Shown here: piece by piece, positions 1 through 11,307 of the stretch | How positions within the stretch are numbered: position 1 is the stretch's first letter | Layout of the letters: the number at the start of each line of letters is the position of its first letter | Assembly (NCBI GenBank): GCA_030682795.1 | Contig: JAUXNJ010000019.1 | Span: 94,627-158,626, forward strand | Direction of reading: 5' to 3' | DNA from: Sphingobacteriaceae bacterium | Lineage (GTDB): Bacteria > Bacteroidota > Bacteroidia > UBA7662 | Length of the DNA stretch: 64,000 bases | Made by a program: the position numbers and the translations under genes | Notes under the pieces: model-generated | Database searches by the model: none | Seen by the model: the letters and a program-made list of their open reading frames with translations, nothing else | What the model was told of the DNA's origin: nothing

Positions 1-153
1 CTTGCGTGCTGCGGCACTTGGCTCGCATGAAATCTCCTTCGCCATACAGCTCGAATCGAAAGAAAGAATTCCCCGTCGCAAGATGGTTAAAATAAAATGC
101 CCCACTTTTTAGTTAATTTAGCCCCCGCTATCATAAAATAAATTGCTTAGCTA

Positions 154-1536
154 ATGAAAAGCAACAAATTGATTCTCACAGGAGCAGTACTTGCTGGCTC
201 CTTATTTTTGGGAGCATGCTCTCAAAAATCAAGCAAAACCGGTTGGAACTACAATGACCCCAAAAACGGTGGCTTCGAAGTTGTAAAATACAAAGAACAA
301 CAAACAGGCCCGGGTCTGGTGCTCGTTCAAGGTGGTACTTTTGTCATGGGTGCAACCGAGCAGAATATTGCGCACGACTACGACAACATTGCTCGTCGGG
401 TGACTGTAGCATCCTTTTACATGGACGAATCGGAAGTGTCGAATGTAGATTGGCTAGAATATACCTATTGGTTGGGTCGCGTTTTTGGCGAAACCTATCC
501 GGAGGTGTACAATGCAGCCTTGCCCGACACCACTGTTTGGCGCCGTGATTTGGCGTTTAACGAGCCGTTTGTAGACAACTATTTGCGTCACCCTGCCTAC
601 CAAAACTACCCGGTAGTAGGTGTGAGCTGGAAACAGGCCAACGATTATTGCGTATGGCGTACCGACCGTGTAAACGAGCAAATTTTAGTAGATCGCGGCT
701 ACATTAAAGCCAATCCGAACCAGTACGGTGAAGAAAACTTCAATACAGGTGCTTATTATGCCGGTTTGTATCAGCCAGAGGTGCGCAAGGCCCGTAAAGA
801 CCTTAACCCAAACAGCGATACCCGCAACATTCGTCCCGAAGATGGCATCATGTTGCCTGCATACCGCCTTCCAACAGAAGCGGAATGGGAATATGCTGCA
901 CAGGGTTTGATAGGCAACTCTGATCGTGAAAACATCAGCGACCGCCGCTTGTACCCTTGGAATGGACATGGCGTACGTTATGCCAAAGGCAAAGCCCAAG
1001 GCGATATCCAAGCCAACTTTAAGCGTGGTCGTGGTGACTATATGGGTGTAGCCAACCGTTTGAACGACAATGCAGCGCCTACCGCACCAGTGAAATACTA
1101 CTGGCCTAATGATTATGGTTTGTACAACATTGCGGGTAACGTAAACGAGTGGACTGCCGATATTTATCGCCCAATGACCTATACCGATGCCGAAGACTTT
1201 AACACTTTCCGCGGTAATGTGTATACCTTGCCTAAAAAGGACGCGGACGGTTATATGGAAAAAGATAGTTTAGGGCGTGTTGCGCGTGAACTCGACTTCA
1301 AGCGTTACAGCAACCCTAATGTAATCGACTACCTCGATAGCTTGGCCATGTACAATGAGCGGAACAGCTTGGTTTCAAACCAAACCCGCGTGTACAAAGG
1401 TGGTAGCTGGAGAGATTTGCCTTACTGGTTGAACCCAGGTACCCGTCGTTACCTCGACGAGAACATGAGCCGCGACGACATTGGTTTCCGTTGCGCCATG
1501 ACCCGCGTAGGTAGTCCGGGCGGCAAAAAGCGCTAA
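154..1536 (+). CDS. gldJ: Gliding motility lipoprotein GldJ (SUMF1/FGE-sulfatase fold)
   Basis: Lipobox LGAC; TGWNYND..GGF..GPGLVLVQGGTFVMG N-terminus; RLPTEAEWEYAA, GLYNIAGNVNEW and IGFRCAM motifs. Confidence 0.85.
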   Translation: MKSNKLILTGAVLAGSLFLGACSQKSSKTGWNYNDPKNGGFEVVKYKEQQTGPGLVLVQGGTFVMGATEQNIAHDYDNIARRVTVASFYMDESEVSNVDWLEYTYWLGRVFGETYPEVYNAALPDTTVWRRDLAFNEPFVDNYLRHPAYQNYPVVGVSWKQANDYCVWRTDRVNEQILVDRGYIKANPNQYGEENFNTGAYYAGLYQPEVRKARKDLNPNSDTRNIRPEDGIMLPAYRLPTEAEWEYAAQGLIGNSDRENISDRRLYPWNGHGVRYAKGKAQGDIQANFKRGRGDYMGVANRLNDNAAPTAPVKYYWPNDYGLYNIAGNVNEWTADIYRPMTYTDAEDFNTFRGNVYTLPKKDADGYMEKDSLGRVARELDFKRYSNPNVIDYLDSLAMYNERNSLVSNQTRVYKGGSWRDLPYWLNPGTRRYLDENMSRDDIGFRCAMTRVGSPGGKKR

Positions 1537-1540
1537 GTGC

Positions 1541-2191
1541 ATGCAGCATTGGATTGCTAGCACCGAAGCATATGTAAAAGCACAACTGCAAGGCGCAGAA
1601 GGCGGGCACGACTGGTGGCATGTTTACCGGGTGTGGCAGCTGAGCAAGCGCATCGCGATACAAGAAAGCGCCGACACACTCATTGTAGAGTTGTCGGCGC
1701 TTTTGCATGACATAGCCGACGCTAAATTCCACGATGGCGACGAGGAGCTGGGGCCGGCGCGGGCTACAACCTTCTTGGAGCAATTAGGCGTGGATGCCGT
1801 ACGGGTGGCGCACATCGGCAACATCATCCGCTTTATGTCATACAAAGGCGGTCACAACGAAGGGGCGTTTTACTCACCCGAATTTGCGGTAGTGCGCGAT
1901 GCCGACCGCCTCGATGCCATCGGTGCCATTGGCATTGCCCGCACCTTTAATTACGGCGGTTTCCGCAACCGGGCCTTGTACGACCCAGCCATCGCCCCAC
2001 AACCCGGCATGAGCAAAGAAGCTTACAAAAACAGCACGGCTCCTACCCTCAACCACTTCTACGAAAAACTTTTGCTGCTCAAAGACGGCATGCTTACCGC
2101 AACGGGGAAGCAGTTAGCTGCCGAGCGCCATGCCTATATGCAAGCCTTTGTACACCGTTTTAAGGCCGAGTGGGAGGGCCTCGATGGCTAA
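1541..2191 (+). CDS. HD-domain metal-dependent phosphohydrolase
   Basis: GHDWWH..RV, ALLHDIAD, DADRLDAIGAIGIAR and HFYEKLL motifs. Confidence 0.9.
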   Translation: MQHWIASTEAYVKAQLQGAEGGHDWWHVYRVWQLSKRIAIQESADTLIVELSALLHDIADAKFHDGDEELGPARATTFLEQLGVDAVRVAHIGNIIRFMSYKGGHNEGAFYSPEFAVVRDADRLDAIGAIGIARTFNYGGFRNRALYDPAIAPQPGMSKEAYKNSTAPTLNHFYEKLLLLKDGMLTATGKQLAAERHAYMQAFVHRFKAEWEGLDG

Positions 2192-2585
2192 GTCGCTTCA
2201 CGTAAGCTGCGCCATCATCGAAAAAGATGGCTTGGTGCTGGCCGCCCAACGCAGTGCTGCCATGAAAATGCCGCTCAAATGGGAGTTCCCAGGTGGTAAA
2301 ATAGAGGCAGGCGAAAGTCCTGCCGCCGCCCTGCTCCGCGAAATCCGTGAAGAATTAGGGCTAGAAATTGAGCTGCTGCGAGCCCTTGAACCGCAGGCTT
2401 TTCGGCAAAGTCCCGCGCTCGAAATCGTACTTTACCCCTTCATCGCCCGAATTACGGCTGGTGCGCTGGAGCTGGCCGAACACGCCCAGGTAAAGTGGTG
2501 TACCACTGACGAGTTGCAAGCATTGGACTGGGCGGGAGCGGATGTGCCGGTGGTTAACACCTACTTATCTATTCGAAAGACATAA
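2184..2585 (+). CDS. NUDIX (deoxy)nucleoside triphosphate pyrophosphohydrolase, MutT/NudG-like
   Basis: Nudix box WEFPGGKIEAGESPAAALLREIREELG; start moved to ATG 2184, overlapping the upstream stop. Confidence 0.88.
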   Translation: MAKSLHVSCAIIEKDGLVLAAQRSAAMKMPLKWEFPGGKIEAGESPAAALLREIREELGLEIELLRALEPQAFRQSPALEIVLYPFIARITAGALELAEHAQVKWCTTDELQALDWAGADVPVVNTYLSIRKT

Positions 2586-2606
2586 AAAAAGCGGCCCGTA
2601 GACCGC
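2586..2606 (-). terminator. Probable intrinsic terminator between convergent genes
   Basis: Minus strand GCGGTC-TACG-GGCCGC hairpin followed by a T-run. Confidence 0.55.
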
Positions 2607-2625
2607 TCCCAAAAAATGAAAAAAA

Positions 2626-2982
2626 TTATGCTGCCTGTTTAGAGGCGTAGAAGAAAGCTGCACCGGCGAGGGCCAGGTCTTTCAGCACCCCCGACATGGC
2701 CATTTGATCGCCGCCCATCACGGCTGGCAGGTGAATGCTCAGCACAAAAACCACCAACAATACGCCTAGCAAGGTAGCGGCCAATTGCGCCATCTTACCC
2801 AGCATGATCGCTAGAGAAGCTGCCACCAAACAAGCGCCCGTGAGGTACACCCAAATCACACCGCCGGGAATGGCGGAAGGAACCATGCCCGCCATGTCGT
2901 TGGCCGCCATAAAATGCATCAATCCAAAAATGGCGAAGGGGAGGGCAAACAGGTATTTGCCAATTACATCTAAGTTTTTCAT
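2626..2982 (-). CDS. DoxX-family membrane protein
   Basis: Four hydrophobic segments; FGLMHF and KDLALAGAA motifs; start at MKNLDV (2982). Confidence 0.75.
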   Translation of the reverse strand: MKNLDVIGKYLFALPFAIFGLMHFMAANDMAGMVPSAIPGGVIWVYLTGACLVAASLAIMLGKMAQLAATLLGVLLVVFVLSIHLPAVMGGDQMAMSGVLKDLALAGAAFFYASKQAA

Positions 2983-3077
2983 ACAACAGGTGTTTAAAAG
3001 GTTTAATATGTGAATACATATGTAATTGCAAACTAGCCAATTACACATTCACAAAAAAATCTTTGACACCTAAGTTA

Positions 3078-3569
3078 TCAACGGAATAAAAGCAGCACCT
3101 GGCCCTTTTCAACCGTATTTCCGACTTCCACAACCAGCTTATCCACAATGCCTTGGCCAGGAGATTTGAGTACATTCTCCATTTTCATAGACTCGAGCAC
3201 CAAAAGCGGGTCGCCTTTTTGCACTTCTTGTCCAGGCTCGGCCACCAAGCGCAGCACCAGTCCCGGCATCGGCGCCTTCAACTCATTGATTTTCTGCACC
3301 GCCCCAGCATCAATGCCGAGCTTGTTGAGCATGAGGTCGAGTTCGGTTTTGAGCGTTACTTCAAAAGTGCTTTGGTTCACACGCACTTGCAGGTTCTGGC
3401 CTTCTTGGCCGAGCAACTCCACCTGATAGCCCTTGCCATTCACCAGCAAATGCAGGCGGTCGGCATCGAGCCTGATGGCGTCGGGTTGCAGCTTTTTACC
3501 ATTCACCAAAAGCTCGTTTCCTTGCTTCTCGATGCTAAATTTTTTGCCCTGGAGTGTTACTTCAAACAT
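3078..3569 (-). CDS. Biotin carboxyl carrier protein (acyl-CoA carboxylase biotin-binding subunit)
   Basis: KAPMPGLV..LESMKMEN biotinylation motif. Confidence 0.9.
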   Translation of the reverse strand: MFEVTLQGKKFSIEKQGNELLVNGKKLQPDAIRLDADRLHLLVNGKGYQVELLGQEGQNLQVRVNQSTFEVTLKTELDLMLNKLGIDAGAVQKINELKAPMPGLVLRLVAEPGQEVQKGDPLLVLESMKMENVLKSPGQGIVDKLVVEVGNTVEKGQVLLLFR

Positions 3570-3646
3570 CTTTCACGTATTTGCGTTGCCAAAACTACTA
3601 AAAATGCCCAAATTTGGCGTTATTAGCTGGCTATAATTGCATTTGC

Positions 3647-6100
3647 ATGTATAAACATCGACTCCTTTTCGTACCAGTCTTGGCTCTTTTGCTCGGCTGT
3701 AACAGCAATAAAGCCATTGTAGAAGTGGCTGAACCCGTTCAACCCGAAAAATACGTTCCCCATGTGCACGACGACTACCGGGCGAGTCGTCCGCTCGACA
3801 TGAAAATGCTGCATACCAAGCTCTACCTCAAGCCCGACTTTAGCAAAGCCTGGATGTATGGCACGGCCTACCTCACCGTTACACCACACTTTTATCCATC
3901 TCGGAAAATTAGTCTGGATGCCAAAGGCTTCCAAATAAACCGCGTGGAGCTGGTGGGCAGCGACTTCTTCAAGCCCTTGCAATACCAATACGACGGCAAG
4001 CAACTGCACATTGAGCTCGACCATACCTACAGCGCTGGGGTAAAAGTGCAATTGCTCATTGATTACATTGCCAAGCCCAACGAACTCAAGGATGTAAACG
4101 GCAGCAGTGCCATTCAGGGGGCAAAAGGCCTCTATTTTATCAATCCCGATGGCGCCGACAGCACCAAGCCCGTGCAACTCTGGACCCAAGGTGAAACCGA
4201 AAGCAATTCTTGCTGGTACCCCACCATCGACGCACCCAACCAAAAAACTTCCCAGGAAATTTACCTGACCGTAGATACGAGCTTCGTGACTTTGTCGAAT
4301 GGCGAGCTGGTATACAGCACCGACAATGGCGACGGCACCCGCACGGACTATTGGGAGCAAAAGTTGCAGCACGCACCCTACCTTACCATGCTCGCCGTGG
4401 GCAAGTTTCACGTGGCCCGCGAAAAATGGCGTGGCAAAGAAGTATCGTACTATGTAGAGCCCGAATTTGCTGCAACCGCCGCCAAAACCTATCCCAATAC
4501 CGTAGAAATGCTGGAGTTTTACAGCAATTTGTTGGGGGTGCCGTATCCTTGGGACAAATACGCACAAATTTCGGTACGCGATTATGTATCGGGTGCGATG
4601 GAAAACACCGGCGCTGTAATTTTTGGCGAATGGGCCCAGCGCACCGAGCGCGAACTGCTCGATGGCAGCTCAGAGAGCACCGTGGCCCACGAAATGTTCC
4701 ACCATTGGTTTGGCGATTTGGTGACTGCCGAAAGCTGGAGCAACCTCGCCATCAACGAAAGTTTCGCTACCTATGGCTCTTACCTGTGGGATGAGCATAA
4801 ATACGGCGCCATGGAGGCCGACCGTGGCTTGTATGGCAACCTCAACGGCTATCTCAGTGAATCGAAGCGCAAGCAGGTAGATTTGGTGCGCTTTTATTAC
4901 GAAGACAAAGAGGAGATGTTTGATAGCCATTCCTACGCCAAAGGCAGTCGCATTTTACACATGCTGCGCAAGGAAGTGGGCGACAAAGCCTTTTTTGCCT
5001 CCCTCAAACTCTTCCTAACCCGCCATGCCCATCAAGCCGTAGAAATACAACAGCTGCGTTTGGCTTTTGAAGAAGTAACGGGCCGCGACCTCAACTGGTT
5101 TTTCAACCAGTGGTTTTATGCCAAGGGCCATCCGGTGCTCGACTTTAACTACGGCTACGATGCCGAAACGAGCGAAATTGTGCTCAAAATCACCCAAAAG
5201 AAATCGGGTGAAGGCGTGCCTTTGTACCGTTTGCCGATGCGCGTGGACATTTACACCGCGGATAGCAAGACCACCCAAGCCATTGTGCTGAGTCGTGAAT
5301 CGCAGGAATTCCGCTTTAGAAGCGAGCGGCCCTTGCTGGTGAATGCCGATGCTGACAAAATGCTGCTTTGCGAAAAAACCGAAAACAAAACCCGCGAGCA
5401 GTACCTCGTGCAGTTCCAACGGGCGCCGTTGTTTGTAGACCAATACGAGGCGTTGATGTATTTGCGCAACCTCAAAACCGATCAACAGGCCCGCAGCAGC
5501 TTTATGGATGCCCTGCAGCACGAGTTTTGGTTCATGCGCCAATATGCCATCCAACAATTCGACTTTAGCGATTGGAAAAAAGATGCCAATCTTTTGGTAT
5601 TGCTGCAAAAACTCGCCAAAAGCGACCCCAACAGCTCGGTGCGTGCCGCAGCGGTAGCCAAATTAGGCGAAGTAGATGCCTTGGCTTACGGTCCGTTTTT
5701 CTTAGAAGTACTCACCCAAGACAGCTCTTTCCGCGTGATTGGCGCCGCTTTGCCGCTGTATGCCAAAACCGATTCGGTAAAAGTAATGGACATTGCGCGC
5801 AGCCTCGAGCCACACCGTTCGGTGCGCAACCAAGTGCTCGAAATTTACGCAGCTTACGGCGATGCCAGCATGGCCGACTTCTTCGAAAGCAGCTTTGCCT
5901 CGGCACAAGGCTGGGGCAAGGTAGCCGTGCTGCAGCGTTACAGCCAGCTGGCGCTCCGCCTCGACAACGACGCCCTCACCACCAAAGCCTTGGCCTTTAT
6001 GAAGAGCGTTCCGAGTCGCAGCAACAACGTTTATCTCTCGCGTATCGCCTCCCAGGAAAGCACCAAATTGGCGGCTTTGTTACCACCGGCTGAGTACTAG
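3647..6100 (+). CDS. M1-family aminopeptidase lipoprotein with HEAT-repeat C-terminus
   Basis: GAMEN and HEMFHHWFG..NESFA zinc motifs; lipobox LLGC; start ATG 3647. Confidence 0.92.
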   Translation: MYKHRLLFVPVLALLLGCNSNKAIVEVAEPVQPEKYVPHVHDDYRASRPLDMKMLHTKLYLKPDFSKAWMYGTAYLTVTPHFYPSRKISLDAKGFQINRVELVGSDFFKPLQYQYDGKQLHIELDHTYSAGVKVQLLIDYIAKPNELKDVNGSSAIQGAKGLYFINPDGADSTKPVQLWTQGETESNSCWYPTIDAPNQKTSQEIYLTVDTSFVTLSNGELVYSTDNGDGTRTDYWEQKLQHAPYLTMLAVGKFHVAREKWRGKEVSYYVEPEFAATAAKTYPNTVEMLEFYSNLLGVPYPWDKYAQISVRDYVSGAMENTGAVIFGEWAQRTERELLDGSSESTVAHEMFHHWFGDLVTAESWSNLAINESFATYGSYLWDEHKYGAMEADRGLYGNLNGYLSESKRKQVDLVRFYYEDKEEMFDSHSYAKGSRILHMLRKEVGDKAFFASLKLFLTRHAHQAVEIQQLRLAFEEVTGRDLNWFFNQWFYAKGHPVLDFNYGYDAETSEIVLKITQKKSGEGVPLYRLPMRVDIYTADSKTTQAIVLSRESQEFRFRSERPLLVNADADKMLLCEKTENKTREQYLVQFQRAPLFVDQYEALMYLRNLKTDQQARSSFMDALQHEFWFMRQYAIQQFDFSDWKKDANLLVLLQKLAKSDPNSSVRAAAVAKLGEVDALAYGPFFLEVLTQDSSFRVIGAALPLYAKTDSVKVMDIARSLEPHRSVRNQVLEIYAAYGDASMADFFESSFASAQGWGKVAVLQRYSQLALRLDNDALTTKALAFMKSVPSRSNNVYLSRIASQESTKLAALLPPAEY

Positions 6101-6189
6101 TTACTCCGCCTGCTTTTCCACAGAAAAAACAGCCTGTGGATAATTTGCACAGCTGCAGTTTTTTAATTACTTTTGCATCGAAATTGAGT

Positions 6190-6210
6190 GAGGGGACCGA
6201 AAGTCCCCTC
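6190..6210 (+). promoter_or_regulatory. rimP-leader-type hairpin
   Basis: GAGGGGAC-CGAAA-GTCCCCTC, a perfect 8-bp stem 12 nt before the rimP ATG. Confidence 0.6.
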
Positions 6211-6222
6211 TTTCATTTGAGT

Positions 6223-6690
6223 ATGATAAACGCAGTTAGAAACAAGGTTTTACAAACGTTAGAGCGCCTTTTGGCCGACAATGCCCATTTTGTGGTAGAA
6301 GTGAAAATTTCGCCCGATTTGAAGCGCATTGGGGTAGCCTTAGATGGCGACACAGGTGTGGACATTGATTTTTGTGCGGCAGTAAGCAGGGAACTCGGCA
6401 ATGAGCTCGAGACCTTGGAAGATTTAGGGGCCTATGTGTTGGAGGTAAGTTCGCCTGGAGCGGATGCGCCCATGAAGTTGCTACGGCAGTTTCCCAAGCA
6501 TGTTGGTCGCGAGTTAAAAGTAGTGCTCAACGACGGTACGGAGTTCAAAGGCATCCTCGAGGAGGTGGCCGGAGACCAGCTCCACATCGTTTACAAGCAC
6601 AAAGAAAAAGGCAAAAAGGCTGAAGAACGCACCCGTGTGCTGCCTTTCAGCGAGATTGAATATGCAAAAGTCATTATATCCTTTAAATAA
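6223..6690 (+). CDS. rimP: Ribosome maturation factor RimP
   Basis: LDGDTGVDIDFCAAVSR and LEVSSPG motifs; first gene of rimP-nusA-infB; start ATG 6223. Confidence 0.92.
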   Translation: MINAVRNKVLQTLERLLADNAHFVVEVKISPDLKRIGVALDGDTGVDIDFCAAVSRELGNELETLEDLGAYVLEVSSPGADAPMKLLRQFPKHVGRELKVVLNDGTEFKGILEEVAGDQLHIVYKHKEKGKKAEERTRVLPFSEIEYAKVIISFK

Positions 6691-6696
6691 GAAAGC

Positions 6697-7935
6697 ATGA
6701 ACAGCAGCGAACTGATCGAATCCTTTTCGGAGTTTAAAGAACTCAAGAATATCGATCGCGCTACCATGATGCGCGTTTTAGAAGACGTATTCCGCAGCAT
6801 GGTTCGCCGCAAATTCGGTACCGATGAGCACTTCGACATTATCCTCAACACCGAAAAAGGTGATTTGGAGATTTGGAGAAACCGCGAGGTAGTGGAAGAC
6901 GATTCAGAATTTGTTGGTCAATCCGACAAAATTACCCTGACCGACGCCCAGAAAATTGAGCCCGATTTTGAAGTAGGAGAAGAAGTATCCGACGAAATTA
7001 AGCTCGAAGAGTTTGGTCGCCGCGCCATTTTGGCCGCCCGTCAAACCTTGGTGCAGCGCATTTTGGAGCTCGAAAAAGACAATATCTACCAGAAATACAA
7101 AGACCGTGCGGGTGAAATCGTAACGGGCGAGGTGTATCAGATTTGGAAGAAAGAGATGTTGATCCTCGACGACGAAGGCAACGAGTTGATTTTGCCGAAG
7201 ACCGAGCAGATTCCTGCCGACTTCTACAAAAAAGGCGATGCCGTTCGTGGGGTTGTGTTGCGGGTAGAGACCCAAAATACTACGCCGCGCATCATCATTT
7301 CGCGTACAGCACCAGCCTTTTTGGCCCGCTTGCTCGAATTAGAGGTGCCCGAAATTTTCGACGGACTCATCACCATCAAAAACATTGTTCGTGAGCCAGG
7401 GGAGCGCGCCAAAGTAGCCGTAGAAAGCTACGACGACCGCATTGACCCAGTAGGTGCTTGCGTGGGTATGAAGGGTTCACGCATCCACGGCATCGTGCGC
7501 GAGTTGCGCAACGAGAGCATCGACGTGATCAACTTCACCAACAATATGCAGCTGTACATCCAGCGGGCTTTGAGTCCAGCCAAGATCAGCAGCATGGAGC
7601 TCGACACCGAGCGCAACAAAGCCAGCGTTTACCTCAAGCCCGACCAAGTGTCGTTGGCCATCGGTAAGGGCGGTCACAACATCCGTTTAGCAGCCAAGCT
7701 CACGGGCCACGAAATTGACGTATTCCGCGACATTGTGGAAGACGACAGCGACGTGGACTTGGACGAATTTGCAGACGAAATCGACAGCTGGATCATCGAC
7801 GAACTGAAGAAAATCGGTTTGGACACGGCGAAATCCGTACTGGCTGTTGGTCCCGAAGAACTCGTGCGCCGCACCGAGTTGGAAGAGGAGACTGCCGCAC
7901 AGGTGCTGGCCATTCTCCGCGCAGAATTTGAATAA
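6697..7935 (+). CDS. nusA: Transcription termination/antitermination factor NusA
   Basis: S1/KH motifs REPGERAKVAV, DPVGACVGMKGSRI and AIGKGGHNIRLA. Confidence 0.98.
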   Translation: MNSSELIESFSEFKELKNIDRATMMRVLEDVFRSMVRRKFGTDEHFDIILNTEKGDLEIWRNREVVEDDSEFVGQSDKITLTDAQKIEPDFEVGEEVSDEIKLEEFGRRAILAARQTLVQRILELEKDNIYQKYKDRAGEIVTGEVYQIWKKEMLILDDEGNELILPKTEQIPADFYKKGDAVRGVVLRVETQNTTPRIIISRTAPAFLARLLELEVPEIFDGLITIKNIVREPGERAKVAVESYDDRIDPVGACVGMKGSRIHGIVRELRNESIDVINFTNNMQLYIQRALSPAKISSMELDTERNKASVYLKPDQVSLAIGKGGHNIRLAAKLTGHEIDVFRDIVEDDSDVDLDEFADEIDSWIIDELKKIGLDTAKSVLAVGPEELVRRTELEEETAAQVLAILRAEFE

Positions 7936-7976
7936 GCATAGCGTTGCAAAGCGCAGATTACCAATAAATAGAGGGA

Positions 7977-10900
7977 ATGTCAGAAGGAAGTATCAGGATA
8001 AAAAAAGCGGCCACCGAGTTTAACATCAGTGTTGGCCACGTGGTAGACCACCTTGCAGCCAAAGGCTTTGAAGTGGATGCCAATCCGAACGCCAAAATCA
8101 CCGACGAGATGTACGGTGTGTTGCTCCGCGACTTTGGTCAGGATAAGAAAATAAAAGAGCAGGCTGCTCAAATCAGCATTGGCGTCAACAAAAAGGAAGA
8201 CGTGGTATTGGATAAGAAGGCTTTTGGGCCTGCTACTGCCACACCCTCCGAGCCAGAAGCCGATGAAGTGCTCATTAAGGGCATGAACAAGGCAGCCGCC
8301 ACCGAAGCCAAACCTGCGCCGAAGGCGGAGGAAGCGCCTGTGGCTGCCAAGCCCGTGGCCGAAACGCCCGCGCCTGCCGCCAAAGCAGCTGTTGAAGCCG
8401 AAAAAACCGGTTTGAAAGTGCTCGGTAAAATCGACCTCAGCACAGCGGGCAAGCCCAAGGCCAAGCCTGCGGCTGAAGCACCCAAGGCAGCAGCCCCTGA
8501 GGCAGCGCCAAAGGCAGAAGCCCCTAAAGTAGCAGCGCCAGCCGCCGCACCGGCATCCCCTCAGCCGGAAGCACCCAAGGCCGCTACACCTGCCGTTCCT
8601 GAGGCACCAGCAGCTCCTGCTGCCAAAGCAGAAGCCGCTCCGCAAGTTGCAGCTCCTGTAGTTCCAGCGGTAGAAAAGCCCAAAGAAGCAACAGCCGAGG
8701 CCAAGCCAGCCGCCGCGCCAGAAGCAGCTGCACCAGTGGCCGAAGCAAAAGCTGCTACACCAGTAGCTGCGCCAGCCGCCGCTCCAAAAGCGACTGAAAA
8801 GCCTGCCGCACCCGCTGCAACAGGCGAGGACGAAGATGTGGTACGTGCCAAAGCCGACAAGCTGCAAGGCACCACGGTATTGCGCACCATCGACCTCAGT
8901 CAATTCGAAAAGCGCAAGCCGGTAGCCAGCTCTAGCGATAGCAGCGTGGGCCGCCGCAAGCGTAAGCGCAAAGACGGTCCTGCCGGAGCAGCCCCTGCCA
9001 CAGGCGCTACCCCAGCAGCCAATGTAGATCGCCCGTTGCGTTCACCAAATGCCCCTGGCACCATGCCACAGCGTCCGCAAGGCAACCGTCCACATGGCGG
9101 TGGTGGCCCTGGCGGTGGACAAGGCGGCAACCGCAGAGGTCCAGCAGCACCACTCGGACCAAAAGCCGAGCCGACAGAAAAGGAAATCCAAGATCAGATC
9201 AAGGCCACGATGGCCCGCCTACAAGGTGGTGCTAAAGGTGCCAGCAGGGCCAAATACCGCAAACAACGTCGTGATGACCATGCGCTCCGTGATGGAGCTG
9301 ATCTCAACGAAGATGGCAAAATGAAGTTGCAGGCCACCGAGTTCCTCACCACGGGTGAACTCGCTGGTTTGATGGACGTGCCGGTTGGGGAAGTCATCAT
9401 GAACTGCTTCTCGCTCGGCTTGGTGGTAACCATCAACCAGCGCCTCGATGCCGAAACCATTACATTGGTGGCCGATGAATTTGGCTACGATGTAGAGTTC
9501 ATTTCTGCCGACGCCAATGAGCCGATGATTGAGGAAGAGGACGATGCAGACAACATGACCGACCGTTCGCCGATTGTGACCATCATGGGTCACGTTGACC
9601 ACGGTAAAACCTCCTTGCTCGACTTTATCCGCAAAGAAAACGTAATTGCTGGGGAAGCTGGTGGCATCACCCAACACATTGGCGCCTATGCGGTGCAACT
9701 CGCCAATGGCAAGCAAATCACCTTCCTTGATACCCCGGGTCACGAAGCCTTTACGGCCATGCGAGCGCGTGGTGCCAAGGTAACCGACATTGTGGTGATT
9801 GTGATTGCGGCCGACGACAGCGTCATGCCACAAACCAAAGAAGCCATCAGCCACGCACAAGCGGCCAATGTGCCTTTGATATTCGCCATCAACAAGGTTG
9901 ACCGTCCAGGTGCCAATCCTGAGCGCATCCGCGAACAACTTTCGGCCATGAACATTTTGGTAGAAAGCTGGGGTGGTAAATACCAAGACCAAGAAATATC
10001 GGCCAAGTTTGGTCAGAATGTAGACGCTTTGTTAGAGAAGATTTTGCTAGAAGCTGAAATCCTCGAGCTCAAAGCCGACCCTAAAAAGCGTGCTGTGGGC
10101 ACCGTAATTGAAGCCTCCCTCGACAAGGGCCGTGGTGTAATTACCACTGTGCTCATCGAAGGCGGTACCCTCGAAATGGGAGATCCTATTTTGGCAGGTG
10201 CCAACTTTGGTAAGGTAAAGGCCTTGATGAACGAGCGCGGACAGCGCATCACCAAGGTAGGACCATCGCAGCCAGTGCAAATCCTCGGTTTCAACTCGGC
10301 CCCAACCGCCGGTGATCGTTTTTACGTAACCGAATCGGATGCCGTGGCCAAGGACGTAGGTACCAAGCGCATGCAGTTGTTGCGTGAGCAGGGCATGCGT
10401 ACCAAGAAACACATCACCCTCGATGAAATCGGTCGTCGTTTGGCCATTGGCAACTTCAAAGAGCTCAACCTCGTTGTAAAAGGCGACGTGGACGGCTCGG
10501 TAGAAGCCTTGGCCGACAGCTTGATGAAGCTGAGCACCGACCAAATCCAGGTAAACGTGATTCACAAAGGGGTGGGTCAGATCAGCGAAAGCGACGTAAT
10601 GCTCGCATCTGCTTCCGACGCCATCATTGTGGGCTTCCAGGTGCGGCCGCTCGCCTCTGTGCGTAAGCTCGCCGAGCAGGAAGAAATCGACATCCGTACC
10701 TACAGCATCATTTACGATGCTATCGACGAGATTAAGTCGGCCATGGAAGGCATGTTGGCCCCTACTTTCGAAGAGAAAGTGGTGTGCAACGTCCAAATCC
10801 GCGAGGTCTTCAAAATCTCCAAGGTGGGCACCATTGCAGGTTGTATGGTTACCGATGGCAAAATCACCCGCAACACCAAAGTACGGGTGCTCCGCGATGG

Positions 10901-11069
10901 CATCGTGATCCACACCGGCGAACTCGAATCACTCAAGCGCTTTAAGGACGATGTGAAAGAAGTGCTCAAAGGTTACGAGTGCGGCTTGAACATTGCGAAC
11001 TTCAACGACATCCAAGAAGGCGACATCATCGAAGGATATGAGCGCATTGAGGTGAAGGGCAAGTTATAA
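7977..11069 (+). CDS. infB: Translation initiation factor IF-2
   Basis: [16 protein letters not shown] and NKVD GTPase motifs; long Ala/Pro-rich N-terminal linker. Confidence 0.98.
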   Translation: MSEGSIRIKKAATEFNISVGHVVDHLAAKGFEVDANPNAKITDEMYGVLLRDFGQDKKIKEQAAQISIGVNKKEDVVLDKKAFGPATATPSEPEADEVLIKGMNKAAATEAKPAPKAEEAPVAAKPVAETPAPAAKAAVEAEKTGLKVLGKIDLSTAGKPKAKPAAEAPKAAAPEAAPKAEAPKVAAPAAAPASPQPEAPKAATPAVPEAPAAPAAKAEAAPQVAAPVVPAVEKPKEATAEAKPAAAPEAAAPVAEAKAATPVAAPAAAPKATEKPAAPAATGEDEDVVRAKADKLQGTTVLRTIDLSQFEKRKPVASSSDSSVGRRKRKRKDGPAGAAPATGATPAANVDRPLRSPNAPGTMPQRPQGNRPHGGGGPGGGQGGNRRGPAAPLGPKAEPTEKEIQDQIKATMARLQGGAKGASRAKYRKQRRDDHALRDGADLNEDGKMKLQATEFLTTGELAGLMDVPVGEVIMNCFSLGLVVTINQRLDAETITLVADEFGYDVEFISADANEPMIEEEDDADNMTDRSPIVTIMGHVDHGKTSLLDFIRKENVIAGEAGGITQHIGAYAVQLANGKQITFLDTPGHEAFTAMRARGAKVTDIVVIVIAADDSVMPQTKEAISHAQAANVPLIFAINKVDRPGANPERIREQLSAMNILVESWGGKYQDQEISAKFGQNVDALLEKILLEAEILELKADPKKRAVGTVIEASLDKGRGVITTVLIEGGTLEMGDPILAGANFGKVKALMNERGQRITKVGPSQPVQILGFNSAPTAGDRFYVTESDAVAKDVGTKRMQLLREQGMRTKKHITLDEIGRRLAIGNFKELNLVVKGDVDGSVEALADSLMKLSTDQIQVNVIHKGVGQISESDVMLASASDAIIVGFQVRPLASVRKLAEQEEIDIRTYSIIYDAIDEIKSAMEGMLAPTFEEKVVCNVQIREVFKISKVGTIAGCMVTDGKITRNTKVRVLRDGIVIHTGELESLKRFKDDVKEVLKGYECGLNIANFNDIQEGDIIEGYERIEVKGKL

Positions 11070-11089
11070 GTCATTCCAATATCCCAGCG

Positions 11090-11121
11090 AAGGCTGCTTT
11101 CTGAAAAGGAGGCAGCCTTTT
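11090..11121 (+). terminator. Intrinsic terminator of the infB operon
   Basis: AAGGCTGCT..GGCAGCCTT stem ending in TTTT. Confidence 0.65.
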
Positions 11122-11307
11122 GCATTTGGTTAATCTTTAATAGGGTTGAAGCAAAGAGATCATAAAACAATCGAAAATAGCGCCATTGAGTGCTCCGAAG
11201 AATTGCACAATGCCAAGAAATGACCATAGTTTACCTCATGGAACCTGAGCCGATACTTGCACGTTAAAATACTTGTACACTAATTCCTAATCAATTAAGT
11301 TTACAAA

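Noticed and set aside
1..153. Possible start of a divergent gene (porU often lies opposite gldJ)
   Set aside because: Only 9-15 codons are visible, so it cannot be identified.
8280..8830. Ala/Pro/Lys/Glu low-complexity repeats and long antisense ORFs
   Set aside because: Ordinary variable IF-2 N-terminal linker; the antisense ORFs are codon-bias shadows.
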